Below, piece after piece: positions 9,014 through 18,913 of a stretch of 27,832 nt of DNA (its first letter is position 1; every line of letters starts with the position of its first letter). The position numbers were made by a program, and so were the translations under genes. This DNA comes from an uncultured Myxococcales bacterium. Its GTDB lineage: Bacteria > Myxococcota > UBA4151. Location of the stretch: assembly GCA_964013405.1 (NCBI GenBank), contig CAXGWI010000032.1, forward strand, positions 1 to 27,832, in the 5' to 3' direction. The notes under the pieces are model-generated. The model saw only the letters and a program-made list of their open reading frames with translations. It was not told where the DNA came from and ran no database searches.

Positions 9014-9547
9014 ATGCGAATCATCGCAGGTCAGTGGGGTGGAAGGCGGCTGCAGGGGCCAAAAGGTCGGGCTGAGACCCGACCGACATCGGATCGGGCA
9101 CGGGAAGCGCTCTTCAGTATTTTAGGACCTCGAATTACCGCTGGACCGTTTATCGATTTGTACGCTGGCACCGGCGCCGTGGGCTTGGAAGCCGCCAGTC
9201 GGGGGGCGCCCGAGGTCATCTTGATCGAGAAGGCTCGGGGGGCTGTCGGGTTGTGTCGGGCCAACGTTCAGGCCCTCGATGCATCACAGGTGGAGGTGCG
9301 CCAGGCCGATGCAAGTCGTCCGGGCCCCTTGCCATTGGCCCAGGTGGCCTTTGCCGATCCACCTTACGGACTTCCGGCCGAAGCTGCTTTGAATGCTCTA
9401 CTAGGCTGCGAACTCCAGCCCGGGGGCTGCTGGGTTCTTGAACGTCGCTCCTCCGAGCCGCTGCCGGTCCTTCCAGAGAGCGTTGCGGTGGCCTCGGACC
9501 GAGTGTACGGGGAGGCCAGGTTGCTGATCTTGGAGAAAGTGACGTGA
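9014..9547 (+). CDS. rsmD: 16S rRNA m2G966 methyltransferase RsmD
   Basis: MRIIAG...GRRL, TRPTSDRAREALFSIL, DLYAGTG and DPPY motifs; ATG 9014 after a GGGGAG RBS; adjacent to coaD. Confidence 0.93.
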   Translation: MRIIAGQWGGRRLQGPKGRAETRPTSDRAREALFSILGPRITAGPFIDLYAGTGAVGLEAASRGAPEVILIEKARGAVGLCRANVQALDASQVEVRQADASRPGPLPLAQVAFADPPYGLPAEAALNALLGCELQPGGCWVLERRSSEPLPVLPESVAVASDRVYGEARLLILEKVT

Positions 9548-10023
9548 GCCGCAGAGCCGTGTACGCAGGCAGCTTTGACCCCCTAACAAACGGGCACCTC
9601 GACATCATTCGTCGGGGGCTTGAGGTTGTGGACGAACTGGTGGTCGCGGTCGCCGTGAACACCTCAAAAAGTGGTCTGTTTAGTTTCGATGAACGAGTGG
9701 CCTTGCTGCGGGAGGCTCTTGGCGAGGCGCCGGTGGAAGTGGTGGCCCTGGATGGCTTGCTCATCGACTTTTGCCGGGAGCGGCAGATCGCCTTCATGCT
9801 CCGAGGCTTGCGGGCTGTCAGCGACTTCGATGGCGAACTCCAGATGGCGAATATGAATCGTAAAATGGCCCCCGAAGTGGACACCATTTTCCTCATGACA
9901 GACGATGCAAATTTCTACGTTAGCTCCAGCTTGGTGCGGGAGATTGCATCCCTTGGCGGGGAGGTCGCTCAGTTCGTACCCGCCTGTGTTGAGCGGGCCC
10001 TTCAGGTCAAGCTCAGCCGATGA
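9544..10023 (+). CDS. coaD: Pantetheine-phosphate adenylyltransferase
   Basis: YAGSFDPLTNGH, RGLRAVSDF and VSSSLVREIA motifs; GTGA overlap with rsmD. Confidence 0.97.
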   Translation: MSRRAVYAGSFDPLTNGHLDIIRRGLEVVDELVVAVAVNTSKSGLFSFDERVALLREALGEAPVEVVALDGLLIDFCRERQIAFMLRGLRAVSDFDGELQMANMNRKMAPEVDTIFLMTDDANFYVSSSLVREIASLGGEVAQFVPACVERALQVKLSR

Positions 10024-11207
10024 GAGGTCCCTTGAGCCGACGTGCTGATCGAGCTTCTGCATCGCCCACACTGGCGATTTCTTCACAAGCGAAGGCCCTG
10101 GCCCGGAATTTCGGTGATGTGATCTCCCTCGCCGCCGGCGAGCCGGACACGCCGACGCCTCCTCACATTGTGCAGGCCGGCATCGATGCCCTCCATCGAG
10201 GGGCGACCCGTTACCTCCCCGTTGCGGGTTTGCCTGACTTGCGCCGAGCCATTGCCGACCAGAGCATGATGTTGCGGGGCTGGCGACCCGAGGCCGATGG
10301 CGAAGTGCTGGTCACCTGTGGTGCCAAGCATGCCCTGTTCCATTGCTTTCAGGTCTTGCTTGAGGCCGGGGACAAGGTGCTGCTCTCGGATCCGGCCTGG
10401 GTAAGTTATGGTCCGCAAATCCGCCTGGCCGACGGCGAGCCCGTGAAGGTTGCGTCGCTGGCTTCCGAGGGTTTTTATCCTCGCGTTGAGGCTCTGGAGG
10501 CTGCCTATGATGAGCGCTGTCGAGCCCTCATCATCAACAGCCCCAACAACCCAACAGGCTTAATGGCTCAGCCGGAGCAGATCGAAGCCATCACTCGCTG
10601 GGCCGCTGAGCGAGGGGTCTGGCTGATCAGTGATGAAATTTACGGTCGCATCACTTTTAGCGATGGGCCGAAGATGCTGAGTCCGGTCCAGGTGGAGGGC
10701 GCCGACCTCGATCGAATCCTCGTGATCGATGGTGTCAGTAAAGCCTACGCCATGACGGGCTGGCGCATCGGCTGGATCCTGGGGCCTAAGCCTGTTGTGG
10801 GGGCTGCGGCCCGGATGCAAAGCCACCAAACGAGCAACGCGACTGCGGTGAGCCAATATGCAGCCTTGGCTGCCATCGATGGCCCCCAGGACTGTGTGGA
10901 CCAATTGGTAAGCCTGCTTGAGAAGCGACGAGACTTGGTGATGGACTGTGCAGCGGCGATCGACCGTGTGGATGTGCTGCGACCCCAGGGGGCCTTCTAC
11001 GCCTTTCTCGATCTCCGTGCTTCGCTGCAGCCCGGTGAGGATGATGCGGCTTTCTGTGGAGCCCTGCTCGACGCCGAGCATGTGGCCTTGGTGCCCGGCA
11101 GTGCCTTTGGTGCCCCTGGGCACGCTCGGCTCAGCATGGCTGCCAGCGAAGCCCATTTAAGGGAAGGCTTTAAGCGGCTTGCTCGCTTCCTCGACGCCCG
11201 GAGTTGA
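10020..11207 (+). CDS. PLP-dependent class I/II aminotransferase (aspartate aminotransferase-like)
   Basis: GEPD, GAKHAL, NSPNNPTG, SDEIY, SKAYAMTGWRIG, PQGAFY and VPGSAFG motifs; ATGA overlap with coaD. Confidence 0.93.
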   Translation: MRGPLSRRADRASASPTLAISSQAKALARNFGDVISLAAGEPDTPTPPHIVQAGIDALHRGATRYLPVAGLPDLRRAIADQSMMLRGWRPEADGEVLVTCGAKHALFHCFQVLLEAGDKVLLSDPAWVSYGPQIRLADGEPVKVASLASEGFYPRVEALEAAYDERCRALIINSPNNPTGLMAQPEQIEAITRWAAERGVWLISDEIYGRITFSDGPKMLSPVQVEGADLDRILVIDGVSKAYAMTGWRIGWILGPKPVVGAAARMQSHQTSNATAVSQYAALAAIDGPQDCVDQLVSLLEKRRDLVMDCAAAIDRVDVLRPQGAFYAFLDLRASLQPGEDDAAFCGALLDAEHVALVPGSAFGAPGHARLSMAASEAHLREGFKRLARFLDARS

Positions 11208-12075
11208 ACTCGGCGCCGAGGCCCTAAGAGGGCAACTCGAAGCCCAAGACCAAGCGCTTGCTCTGGCCTTCTCTGGGGGGCCGGACAGTCATGCCCTCCT
11301 GGCCTGGGCCAAGACTTCGCTGCGCGTCCCCCCCATTCTTTTGCATGTGCACCACGGTTTGGGTGCGGGCAGTGACGATGCCCTCGCTGCCGTGGAGCGG
11401 GTCGCTGAAGCCGAGCAACTGGAACTTCTGGTCGAGCGGGTCGAGGTTCAGCCGGGCTCCCGGGGCCTGGAGGCGGCTGCCCGGCGGGCCCGGTACGAGG
11501 CGCTCGGGAATCTTGCGCCTACGGGTCTACAGATCGCTTTGGGTCACGGTTGGAACGATTGGGTCGAGAGTCTCTGGCTGCGCCTCTTGTCCGGCTCCTC
11601 ACCGCTCTTTTGGAGCGGCCCGCAACTGCGTGATGGTGCTTTCGTTCGACCCCTGATCGATCAGGATCAAGGCCAGCATGCCCATCGGTTTCCCGAGGCG
11701 TTCTCTGACCCTATGAATGAAGACACCCGCTTCGAGCGGGTCTGGCTTCGTCGCTCTGGCTTGTTGGAACGCTTGGATCCAAGGGGCGAGGTCGCCTGGG
11801 CGATACACTGCCTCGGTCGCCGAGCCAGGGCCCTGGAGCCCGCCACATGGGATCAGCCCTTGGATGAACTGCCAGAGGGCCTTCGACGGCTCGTGATTCG
11901 TGCCCAGATCGCCCAGTTAAAGCCCCATTGGCGACCAAGAACTGGCTTTATTGAGGCCTTGTGCGAGGCTGCTGGAACAAGACGTGGAGGCCGCTGGTTT
12001 TCCATGGCAGGAGAGCGGTTAGACTTGCGTCGAGGTAAACTCGTGCTTAACCGTGTCATGCGAAGAGGAAATTGA
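11179..12075 (+). CDS. tilS: tRNA(Ile)-lysidine synthetase, short and divergent
   Basis: PP-loop SGGPDS, HVHHGL, EAAARRARY, RPL and DPMN motifs; located directly upstream of ftsH; TTG start overlaps the upstream gene. Confidence 0.8.
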   Translation: MLASSTPGVELGAEALRGQLEAQDQALALAFSGGPDSHALLAWAKTSLRVPPILLHVHHGLGAGSDDALAAVERVAEAEQLELLVERVEVQPGSRGLEAAARRARYEALGNLAPTGLQIALGHGWNDWVESLWLRLLSGSSPLFWSGPQLRDGAFVRPLIDQDQGQHAHRFPEAFSDPMNEDTRFERVWLRRSGLLERLDPRGEVAWAIHCLGRRARALEPATWDQPLDELPEGLRRLVIRAQIAQLKPHWRPRTGFIEALCEAAGTRRGGRWFSMAGERLDLRRGKLVLNRVMRRGN

Positions 12076-12076
12076 C

Positions 12077-14032
12077 GTGCGTGGAAACATGAGAACCCTT
12101 GCTATTTGGGCCATCGCGATCGGCTCCATCTTTTTGTTGGTGGCCATCCAAGGTGGGCAGAATCGGCGGGGAACTGAGATTAGCTTTTCGGAGATGCTTC
12201 ACCACATCTCCAAGTTGGATGAAATGGACGACGGACTCGCTGAACTGCGGGTCAAGGGCATGGACTGGCGCCTGAGTATGAACAACGGCAACGTTGTCTA
12301 CACGACCACAGGCGTGCTGACCGATGACTTCGTCAATGGCCTGGTAAAGGACCACCCGGACCTCGTTGTCCACGTGGAGCCAGCCGAGGACGAGAGCTTC
12401 TGGAAAAGCTTCCTCATCTCTTGGTTGCCGACCCTGTTACTCCTGGGCTTCTTCTTGTTCTTCCTCCGTAATCTCCAAGCGGGCGGTGGCAAGGCCATGA
12501 GCTTCGGGAAGTCGAAGGCCAAGATGCTGACCGAAGGGCAGAACGAAATCACCTTCGCCAGCGTAGCTGGCTGTGATGAAGCGAAGAACGAGCTCCAAGA
12601 AGTGGTGCATTTCCTGCGCGACCCCCGTCGCTTCACCCGCCTAGGTGGCAAGCTACCCAAGGGCGTTTTGCTGATGGGCTCACCGGGGACGGGTAAGACG
12701 CTCCTCGCAAAGGCGGTGGCTGGAGAGGCCGGTGTACCCTTCTTCACGATCTCCGGCTCAGACTTTGTTGAGATGTTCGTGGGTGTGGGTGCCTCTCGAG
12801 TCCGCGACCTGTTTGAGCAAGCGAAGCGTCATGCCCCGTGCATCATCTTCATCGACGAAATCGATGCGGTGGGCCGACACCGCGGCGCGGGCATGGGCGG
12901 TGGTCACGATGAGCGGGAGCAGACCCTCAACCAGCTGCTCGTGGAGATGGATGGGTTCGAGTCCAACGACGGGATCATCCTGATTGCAGCCACCAACCGC
13001 CCCGATGTTCTCGATCCGGCCTTGCTGCGCCCGGGTCGCTTCGACCGACGTGTGGTCGTTCCGCTCCCCGACATCGTCGGGCGCGAGGCGATCCTCAGGG
13101 TCCATTGCAAAGAGGTGCCGCTGAGCCCGGTCGTCGATATCTCAGTGATTGCCCGCTCCACCCCTGGATTTTCCGGTGCCGACCTCGCCAACTTGGTCAA
13201 TGAGGCGGCGCTGATCGCAGCCATGGGGCAAAGTGCTCGGGTTGAGGTCGTCCATTTCGAGGAAGCCCGGGACAAGATCACCATGGGCGCTGCCCGCAAG
13301 AGCATGGTGATGAGCGAGGATGCCAAACGGGCGACGGCGGTCCATGAAGCCGGTCACGCGGTCATCGCGTTCTTCACCGAGGGGGCGGATCCGCTCCATA
13401 AGGTAACGATCATTCCCCATGGGCGTGCCCTCGGGGTGACGATGCAGGTGCCTGAAGAAGACCGCTACTCAGTGAATCTGAAGGACAACCGTAACCTCAT
13501 CAAGATCCTCATGGGCGGCTATCTGGCCGAGAGCATGTTCTATGGCCCTGAAGGTACGACGAGTGGGGTCTCGAACGACCTTCAGCGGGCCAAGCAAATC
13601 GCCACCCGCATGGTCAAAGAGTTTGGCATGAGTTCTCTCGGACCGGTCTTCTACGGTACCGAGGAAACCAACCCATTCCTCGGTCGGGAGATGGGCCGTG
13701 GGGGGCTTGCTGAGCATAGTGACGAGACGGCCCGTGAGATCGACAATGAGGTCCGGGGCGTGATCGAGACCTGCCTGGAAGAGGCGAGGAACCTGCTGAA
13801 CGACAAGCGGGATAAGTTGGAACTCTTGGCCGATACCCTGATGGAGTGGGAGACCCTGAGCGGTGCCCAGGTCACGGAATTGTTTGAGGTTGGCAACTTG
13901 CCGCCGCGGCCCCAAGCACCACCGGAAGACGAAGGGGGATCAGCCGTTGAGGCTGAGCCCGAGCCTGAGCTTGAGGCGACGGCCGAAGAGAACTCCGTAT
14001 CGGGCATCATGCCGGATCCCAATCCTGCCTAG
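12077..14032 (+). CDS. ftsH: ATP-dependent zinc metalloprotease FtsH
   Basis: Two TM segments, Walker A GSPGTGKT, Walker [31 protein letters not shown] and HEAGH zinc motif. GTG 12077 follows GAGGA; ATG 12089 is an alternative start. Confidence 0.98.
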   Translation: MRGNMRTLAIWAIAIGSIFLLVAIQGGQNRRGTEISFSEMLHHISKLDEMDDGLAELRVKGMDWRLSMNNGNVVYTTTGVLTDDFVNGLVKDHPDLVVHVEPAEDESFWKSFLISWLPTLLLLGFFLFFLRNLQAGGGKAMSFGKSKAKMLTEGQNEITFASVAGCDEAKNELQEVVHFLRDPRRFTRLGGKLPKGVLLMGSPGTGKTLLAKAVAGEAGVPFFTISGSDFVEMFVGVGASRVRDLFEQAKRHAPCIIFIDEIDAVGRHRGAGMGGGHDEREQTLNQLLVEMDGFESNDGIILIAATNRPDVLDPALLRPGRFDRRVVVPLPDIVGREAILRVHCKEVPLSPVVDISVIARSTPGFSGADLANLVNEAALIAAMGQSARVEVVHFEEARDKITMGAARKSMVMSEDAKRATAVHEAGHAVIAFFTEGADPLHKVTIIPHGRALGVTMQVPEEDRYSVNLKDNRNLIKILMGGYLAESMFYGPEGTTSGVSNDLQRAKQIATRMVKEFGMSSLGPVFYGTEETNPFLGREMGRGGLAEHSDETAREIDNEVRGVIETCLEEARNLLNDKRDKLELLADTLMEWETLSGAQVTELFEVGNLPPRPQAPPEDEGGSAVEAEPEPELEATAEENSVSGIMPDPNPA

Positions 14033-14051
14033 GGCGTCCGCGATCCCATCG

Positions 14052-14843
14052 GTGATGGGCATCCTTAATCTGACGCCCGACTCGTTCAGTGACGGCGGTG
14101 ACCTCTTTGGCGAGCCAGAGCTGCTCATCGGTCGGGCCCGTTCGATGCTCGATCAGGGGGCTTCTATTTTGGATTTAGGGGCGGTTAGTACCCGCCCTGG
14201 TGCCGATCCAGTCTCGTTGCAGGAGGAGATGGATCGCCTATCGCCGGCCCTTGAGGCGCTCCAGCGTGCTGGGCTTGGACCCTTGAGCGTAGATACCTTT
14301 CGTCCGGAGGTCGCTGAGCTTGCTCTCGAGCGGGGCGTCGAGATGATCAACGATGTGAAGGCGGCCGCCGAGCCAGGCATGATCGAGGTCCTCCAGCGTT
14401 ATCAGCCCAAGGTCTGCTTGATGCACATGCGGGGGTCCCCTCAGACCATGCAGGCCGGTCAGATTCACTATGGCGATGTGGTCGAGGAGGTCGGTTCTTG
14501 GCTCAAGAGCCGGGTGGAGGCTCTCGGCTTGCCCCGGGATCAGGTCTTCATCGATCCGGGCATTGGCTTTGGTAAGTGGGATGAGCACAATCTCGAGCTC
14601 ACCCGGTCGGTGGGGCGCCTGGCCCAGATCACCGGTTGTCCGGTTCTCTATGGGGCGAGTCGCAAGAGCGTGATCGGACGGATCGCCGGTGTGGAAGCAC
14701 CCAAAGACCGGCTACCAGGGAGTTTGGCGCTGGCCGGGGCCGCGGCCGCCGCCGGGGCCGCCATGTTACGGGTCCACGACGTCGCGGAAACGATTCAATA
14801 CCTGCGGCTCTGGGGCGCCCTCGGTGGCGCCGCCGCTGAGTAG
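14052..14843 (+). CDS. folP: Dihydropteroate synthase
   Basis: MGILNLTPDSFSDGG, STRPG, SVDT, IND, MH, DPGIGFGK, SRK and RVHDV motifs; ftsH-folP synteny. Start is GTG 14052 or ATG 14055, not 13863. Confidence 0.95.
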   Translation: MMGILNLTPDSFSDGGDLFGEPELLIGRARSMLDQGASILDLGAVSTRPGADPVSLQEEMDRLSPALEALQRAGLGPLSVDTFRPEVAELALERGVEMINDVKAAAEPGMIEVLQRYQPKVCLMHMRGSPQTMQAGQIHYGDVVEEVGSWLKSRVEALGLPRDQVFIDPGIGFGKWDEHNLELTRSVGRLAQITGCPVLYGASRKSVIGRIAGVEAPKDRLPGSLALAGAAAAAGAAMLRVHDVAETIQYLRLWGALGGAAAE

Positions 14844-15299
14844 GGTGAGGGCTGGCTCTGCAGGCCGACTCACGAAGCGAACGATCCCACAGACGACGTT
14901 GACTTGGAGCTTCAGCGGTGGCGCTTCCCCTTCGCCGATGAGGAAGCGGCGCCGACCGATGACGTTGGTGGCCCCATCAGGAAGAGGGACTTGGGCAACC
15001 ACGCAACTGAGATCTACCCGGACGGGTCGTCCGCTGGGGGGAATGATGTGGGCGATGCCACAGATCACATTGATGGTGACCCGCTCCTGGGTTTCGTCGG
15101 AGAGGTCCACCGAGCCCCGCCGAAAAACCATGTTTTGTTCGCTTGCGCCGGGCCCTTTCACTTTGCTGCTGATGAGGCGGGCGCCGAGCCAGAGGCAGAG
15201 GCTGCCGAGGAGGAAGGGAAGCACCGGGGCGAGTAGACCGTAGACCGACTCTAGCATCAGGGCCAGGCCCAGGATCAGAAGAACGAGGCCAGCGGTCAC
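14766..15299 (-). CDS. Hypothetical membrane protein, LiaF-like architecture (2 N-terminal TM helices plus a C-terminal beta-rich domain)
   Basis: GTG at 15299 forms a GTGA overlap with the stop of the 1199-aa gene. Two hydrophobic segments and repeated NV(I/V)CGI motifs. The family call is an inference. Confidence 0.55.
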   Translation of the reverse strand: MTAGLVLLILGLALMLESVYGLLAPVLPFLLGSLCLWLGARLISSKVKGPGASEQNMVFRRGSVDLSDETQERVTINVICGIAHIIPPSGRPVRVDLSCVVAQVPLPDGATNVIGRRRFLIGEGEAPPLKLQVNVVCGIVRFVSRPAEPALTLLSGGATEGAPEPQVLNRFRDVVDP

Positions 15300-18200
15300 G
15301 GTTGGGCTTGTAAGCGGAGTTCGCCCTGGACCATCGCCTGGCGAAAGGCACTGTGGTGCCGGGCTAGCTCGGTGTAATCCGCCGGTGGCACCACAACACG
15401 GTTGATCTGCTCTTCGAGTACACAACGACCCTCATCGCAGCGGAATTGCCCTTGGTAGCTCGGGCCGGCGACGGAGATCGGCTCGCCGGTCAGTTGCAGG
15501 CTGCCTGCCTGGCTACTCAACTCCAAGCGGAGCCAACGAAAGCCAGCCACCATCAGGGGGTAATGACGGGTGGGTCTGGAGAAAAGGCGCTTCCAACCGT
15601 CGATGGCGATGATGGGTAGCGCAAGGCGGCCCGAGGCATTGAGCACCTGATCCGGGACTTTGATCACCATCCTCAATTCCAGGCGGTCGGCCTCGTTCTC
15701 CACCATCTGAGCCGATTCAACTTCAGCGCCAGGCCAAAGGCTTGAAGCAGCGATGGCCTCAAAGGTCTTCGCTTGGCGCTCGCCCTTTCCGGCCCGCCGC
15801 AGTGTGGAGGCAGCATGGCCTCGAGACTCCAACTTGACCTCCCACCGCTGGCCACCGAGGTGGATCAAGTTGCCCCGCATGTACTCCTGTTGGGCAGGCC
15901 GTTCGGGAATGCGTTGGAAACGCCAGGCGTCGGGGGTGACCACCAGGCCGAGGGTGCCCTGAACATCGTGACGCAGGTTATCCAAGTCCAGATACTCCGC
16001 TGTCGCATCGAGGAACCGGCCGGTCGGAATGCCCTCTTGCGCCGGCAGCCAGGCGATCATGTGGTTAAATTGGGAACTGGGGAGCTTGGTGTCCACTTCA
16101 CCAAGGGACCAGGTTCGGACCAAGACGGGCTCCGCTTGGATCCCCAAACTGCGCAAGAGAACGATGATCAACATGCTCTTGTCCTTACAGTCTCCGTATT
16201 TTCGATCCACGACCTGATCGGGCAAGTGGGGCTCCCAGCCTTCGATCACTCGGGCGTAGTCTTGTTCGTACTGGATCTCGTGCGAGGCATAGGCGTAGAT
16301 TCGATCGACCTTCTCGGCGACGGTTGCTGCATCCTTGGTCAGTGTTTGGGCGGTGGCCTCTAGGGTGGGGGTGACCCGGTTTCCCTCCCGCAAAAGATCG
16401 CGGACCCAGTTCACGTAAGGGTCCCATTTTTCCATCGTCGAGAAGCGGACTTGGCTTTGTTCCCGCCAAGGGGCCATGACGGGACGCTCCGTGGGTGGGG
16501 GCGCAACCCCTTTGCGAGCGAAGCGCCAGACCTTGAGGTCCCCCTTCTGGGCTGTGGTTTCTTCCAGTGCGTCGCCGATTCGGTGGAAGTTCGGCGGCCG
16601 GTCCTGACGAGTTGCGATGGTGAAGGTCGGCTGGACATTCCAAGTGTCGACGGCCTCAAACCAAAAGGTCCCGTTAACGAGTCCCCTGATGATGCTACTC
16701 GCCGAGATCACCTTCTCGTATTGGAGGACGAGACAGGCCCCATCATCGATCTCTCGGAACCGAATCGCCCCGCCTCTTCGACTGGCCGGATCCACGCGGG
16801 TACCGTCGGCTTTGACGAGGAAGGCATGATGAATCTGCAGCCGGCTGCCGCGGACTTTGGTGTTCAGATAACGTTGCGCAGTTCGCCGGTCGAGGAACCA
16901 GCGCACCACGGTGATGACCTGACGCCGACTCCCATCCTTTTCGATGAGCTCGAGATGGTCATCCATCAACATCACCTGACTCGCGGGGACGGGCGGGCGG
17001 TACTTTTCTCGGTCGGCGACAAGGGCCAATAAGGCTTCCTCTGTGGGCCGAGCCCAGAGGGGGATCTCCAGTTGTTCGCCCCCCTGCAATTCAAGGAAGC
17101 GCTTCGCCTGGAGGGCCATGGATGCAGAAGGATTCAGCACCAGCAACTTCTCTAACTCGGGCATGGCCTTCGCCATGCCACCGTCGAGCCAGTCCTCTTT
17201 GGCCCACCAGCGTTGCGGGCCCTCAGCATAGGGATTTTGATGGCGAACCCGGGCTGCCATCGCCCGGGCCTTCTGGCGGTGTCCCGCTTTGTTGAGAAGA
17301 TTCACTTCCTGCATCTGGAGGCTGAGACTGAGGGGGCTGTAGCGCCGGTCGAACGCGAGGAGCGCCAGGTTTTGTGCGAGATTGCCCTCTCCCCGGCGCA
17401 TGCTGCGACGAAGGCGGCGCTGGAAGCGACCGTGATAGGGGGCCATCGCTTCGGCTCGTAAGCGTAATTTGTCCGCTTCATTCGTCCGGGTGGCCTTCAG
17501 GATCGAGGCTTGTTCAAGGAGTGGCGTGAGCCAGTCCGGATGAATCTTTTCCGCCTTCTGCCATAGCCGGAGTCGGCGCAGTGAGGTGCCGAAATTATCA
17601 AGGGTTCTTGCGATGACCCTCAGGGCCCGTGGATCAGTCCGGGCCATCAATTCCGGGCTCCGGAACAGTTTCTTTGCCGCTCGATCGCCCTGATTGAGGC
17701 TAAGCAGCGTGTCGATGTATTCCAGGGGGGCACCGTGTAACTGGGCCAGCATCTCCGCGGCTTGAAGCCGCTGCTCTTGGCGCCTTGCGCCCACAGCGAT
17801 GGATCTTTGAATTAGCAGACCCGGTCCGTCCTTCCGGGCTCCGAGGGCTTGGAAGGCGGCCATGGGGCGACCCACTCGATAAAGCAGGTTTGCTCCCACG
17901 AGTTGGCGCAGCGATTCGGGCCAGTCAGCTGGAGCTAGGCCCAGGGTGAGCCCATCGAGATCCAGGGTCGTAAACTCGCTGCTGAGGGCCTCCGAGCGGG
18001 GCAAAGGGCTGAGCAATTCGATGGTAGTTGCTCGTCCGCTCCCATCAACTGCCCGTAGGTCTAGCCACCAGTTGCTGGATTGGCTGCAGCTGCGGACTTC
18101 CAGTTGGTGGGTACCTGGCGCCAGCGTGCCCGGTAGCGTGGTTTCTAGGGTTAGGCTGCTGTCCAGGCCGCGGATCTCAGCGAAGGGGCTGCCATCGACC

Positions 18201-18895
18201 CAGAGCCGGAACTCCGAAGAACTACGGGCCTGCAGTTGGATGGGCGCAGCATTCCGGATGCGAGTGACCAAGTGGCCGCACTGGTTACGGGTTGGATGGG
18301 TCCAGTGCTTGAGCACAAGGGGGCTGCGGTTGGCTGCCCGATGCACTTTTCGCCAGGGCCGGGGGCCCCGGTGTGTTGCGACGGTTGCCTTTGGGTCGAA
18401 GCCTTCCTGGGGCGGATCGACGCGGGTGAGTGCGGCACCCCTTGGTGCGTCGAAGCCAGCCACCAGCATCCATTCGCCGATCAAGCCCGTACTGAGGTCA
18501 GGGAGATCCTGATTGAACCGGCTTTTGAAGGTGCCCCGGATCATGCGCCGGGCCTGGTGCCCCGCGGCCCGGTCACTGATCCGGCCCAGCAGCGCCCGGG
18601 TGAGGGTCCGAAGGTCCTCTTCACCGAGATCCTGGTCATTGGGGGTCAGGCTGTAGATGAGGGGGAGTGTGAGGTCTGGGGTCCGTCGGTAGGCCCTCAC
18701 AGAGGCCTCAACCCACGCTCGGTGATCGCCTTTGAGGCGTGCTTGCGCCAGGGCTTCGAGATCCTCTTGGACGCAGGCTGCCGGGGAGGCGCAGGGCTCT
18801 GGCTCAAGGGGGGAAGGAAGATGAGAGCAGGCGGAAAAAAGGGCAGCGCCCATAACCCCAGCCAAAATGCCTGTGCGGTGATGGGCGCTGATCAC
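15296..18895 (-). CDS. Large lipoprotein: beta-sandwich region, TPR-like helical region, DUF3857-like and transglutaminase-like cysteine protease domains
   Basis: Lipobox LFSAC; RBS AGGGAG before the GTG; transglutaminase-like triad GDCKDKS / FNHMI / FLDAT; IQYE motif upstream of the catalytic Cys. Confidence 0.85.
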   Translation of the reverse strand: MISAHHRTGILAGVMGAALFSACSHLPSPLEPEPCASPAACVQEDLEALAQARLKGDHRAWVEASVRAYRRTPDLTLPLIYSLTPNDQDLGEEDLRTLTRALLGRISDRAAGHQARRMIRGTFKSRFNQDLPDLSTGLIGEWMLVAGFDAPRGAALTRVDPPQEGFDPKATVATHRGPRPWRKVHRAANRSPLVLKHWTHPTRNQCGHLVTRIRNAAPIQLQARSSSEFRLWVDGSPFAEIRGLDSSLTLETTLPGTLAPGTHQLEVRSCSQSSNWWLDLRAVDGSGRATTIELLSPLPRSEALSSEFTTLDLDGLTLGLAPADWPESLRQLVGANLLYRVGRPMAAFQALGARKDGPGLLIQRSIAVGARRQEQRLQAAEMLAQLHGAPLEYIDTLLSLNQGDRAAKKLFRSPELMARTDPRALRVIARTLDNFGTSLRRLRLWQKAEKIHPDWLTPLLEQASILKATRTNEADKLRLRAEAMAPYHGRFQRRLRRSMRRGEGNLAQNLALLAFDRRYSPLSLSLQMQEVNLLNKAGHRQKARAMAARVRHQNPYAEGPQRWWAKEDWLDGGMAKAMPELEKLLVLNPSASMALQAKRFLELQGGEQLEIPLWARPTEEALLALVADREKYRPPVPASQVMLMDDHLELIEKDGSRRQVITVVRWFLDRRTAQRYLNTKVRGSRLQIHHAFLVKADGTRVDPASRRGGAIRFREIDDGACLVLQYEKVISASSIIRGLVNGTFWFEAVDTWNVQPTFTIATRQDRPPNFHRIGDALEETTAQKGDLKVWRFARKGVAPPPTERPVMAPWREQSQVRFSTMEKWDPYVNWVRDLLREGNRVTPTLEATAQTLTKDAATVAEKVDRIYAYASHEIQYEQDYARVIEGWEPHLPDQVVDRKYGDCKDKSMLIIVLLRSLGIQAEPVLVRTWSLGEVDTKLPSSQFNHMIAWLPAQEGIPTGRFLDATAEYLDLDNLRHDVQGTLGLVVTPDAWRFQRIPERPAQQEYMRGNLIHLGGQRWEVKLESRGHAASTLRRAGKGERQAKTFEAIAASSLWPGAEVESAQMVENEADRLELRMVIKVPDQVLNASGRLALPIIAIDGWKRLFSRPTRHYPLMVAGFRWLRLELSSQAGSLQLTGEPISVAGPSYQGQFRCDEGRCVLEEQINRVVVPPADYTELARHHSAFRQAMVQGELRLQAQP

Positions 18896-18913
18896 GGAGT
18901 CTCCCTAGCGAAG

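Noticed and set aside
13863..14051. Apparent N-terminal extension of FolP overlapping ftsH, and similar ORF-track extensions of rpsA, rsmD, crp, hflK and hflC
   Set aside because: Conserved motifs, RBSs and stop/start overlaps point to downstream starts; the extensions are longest-ORF artefacts.
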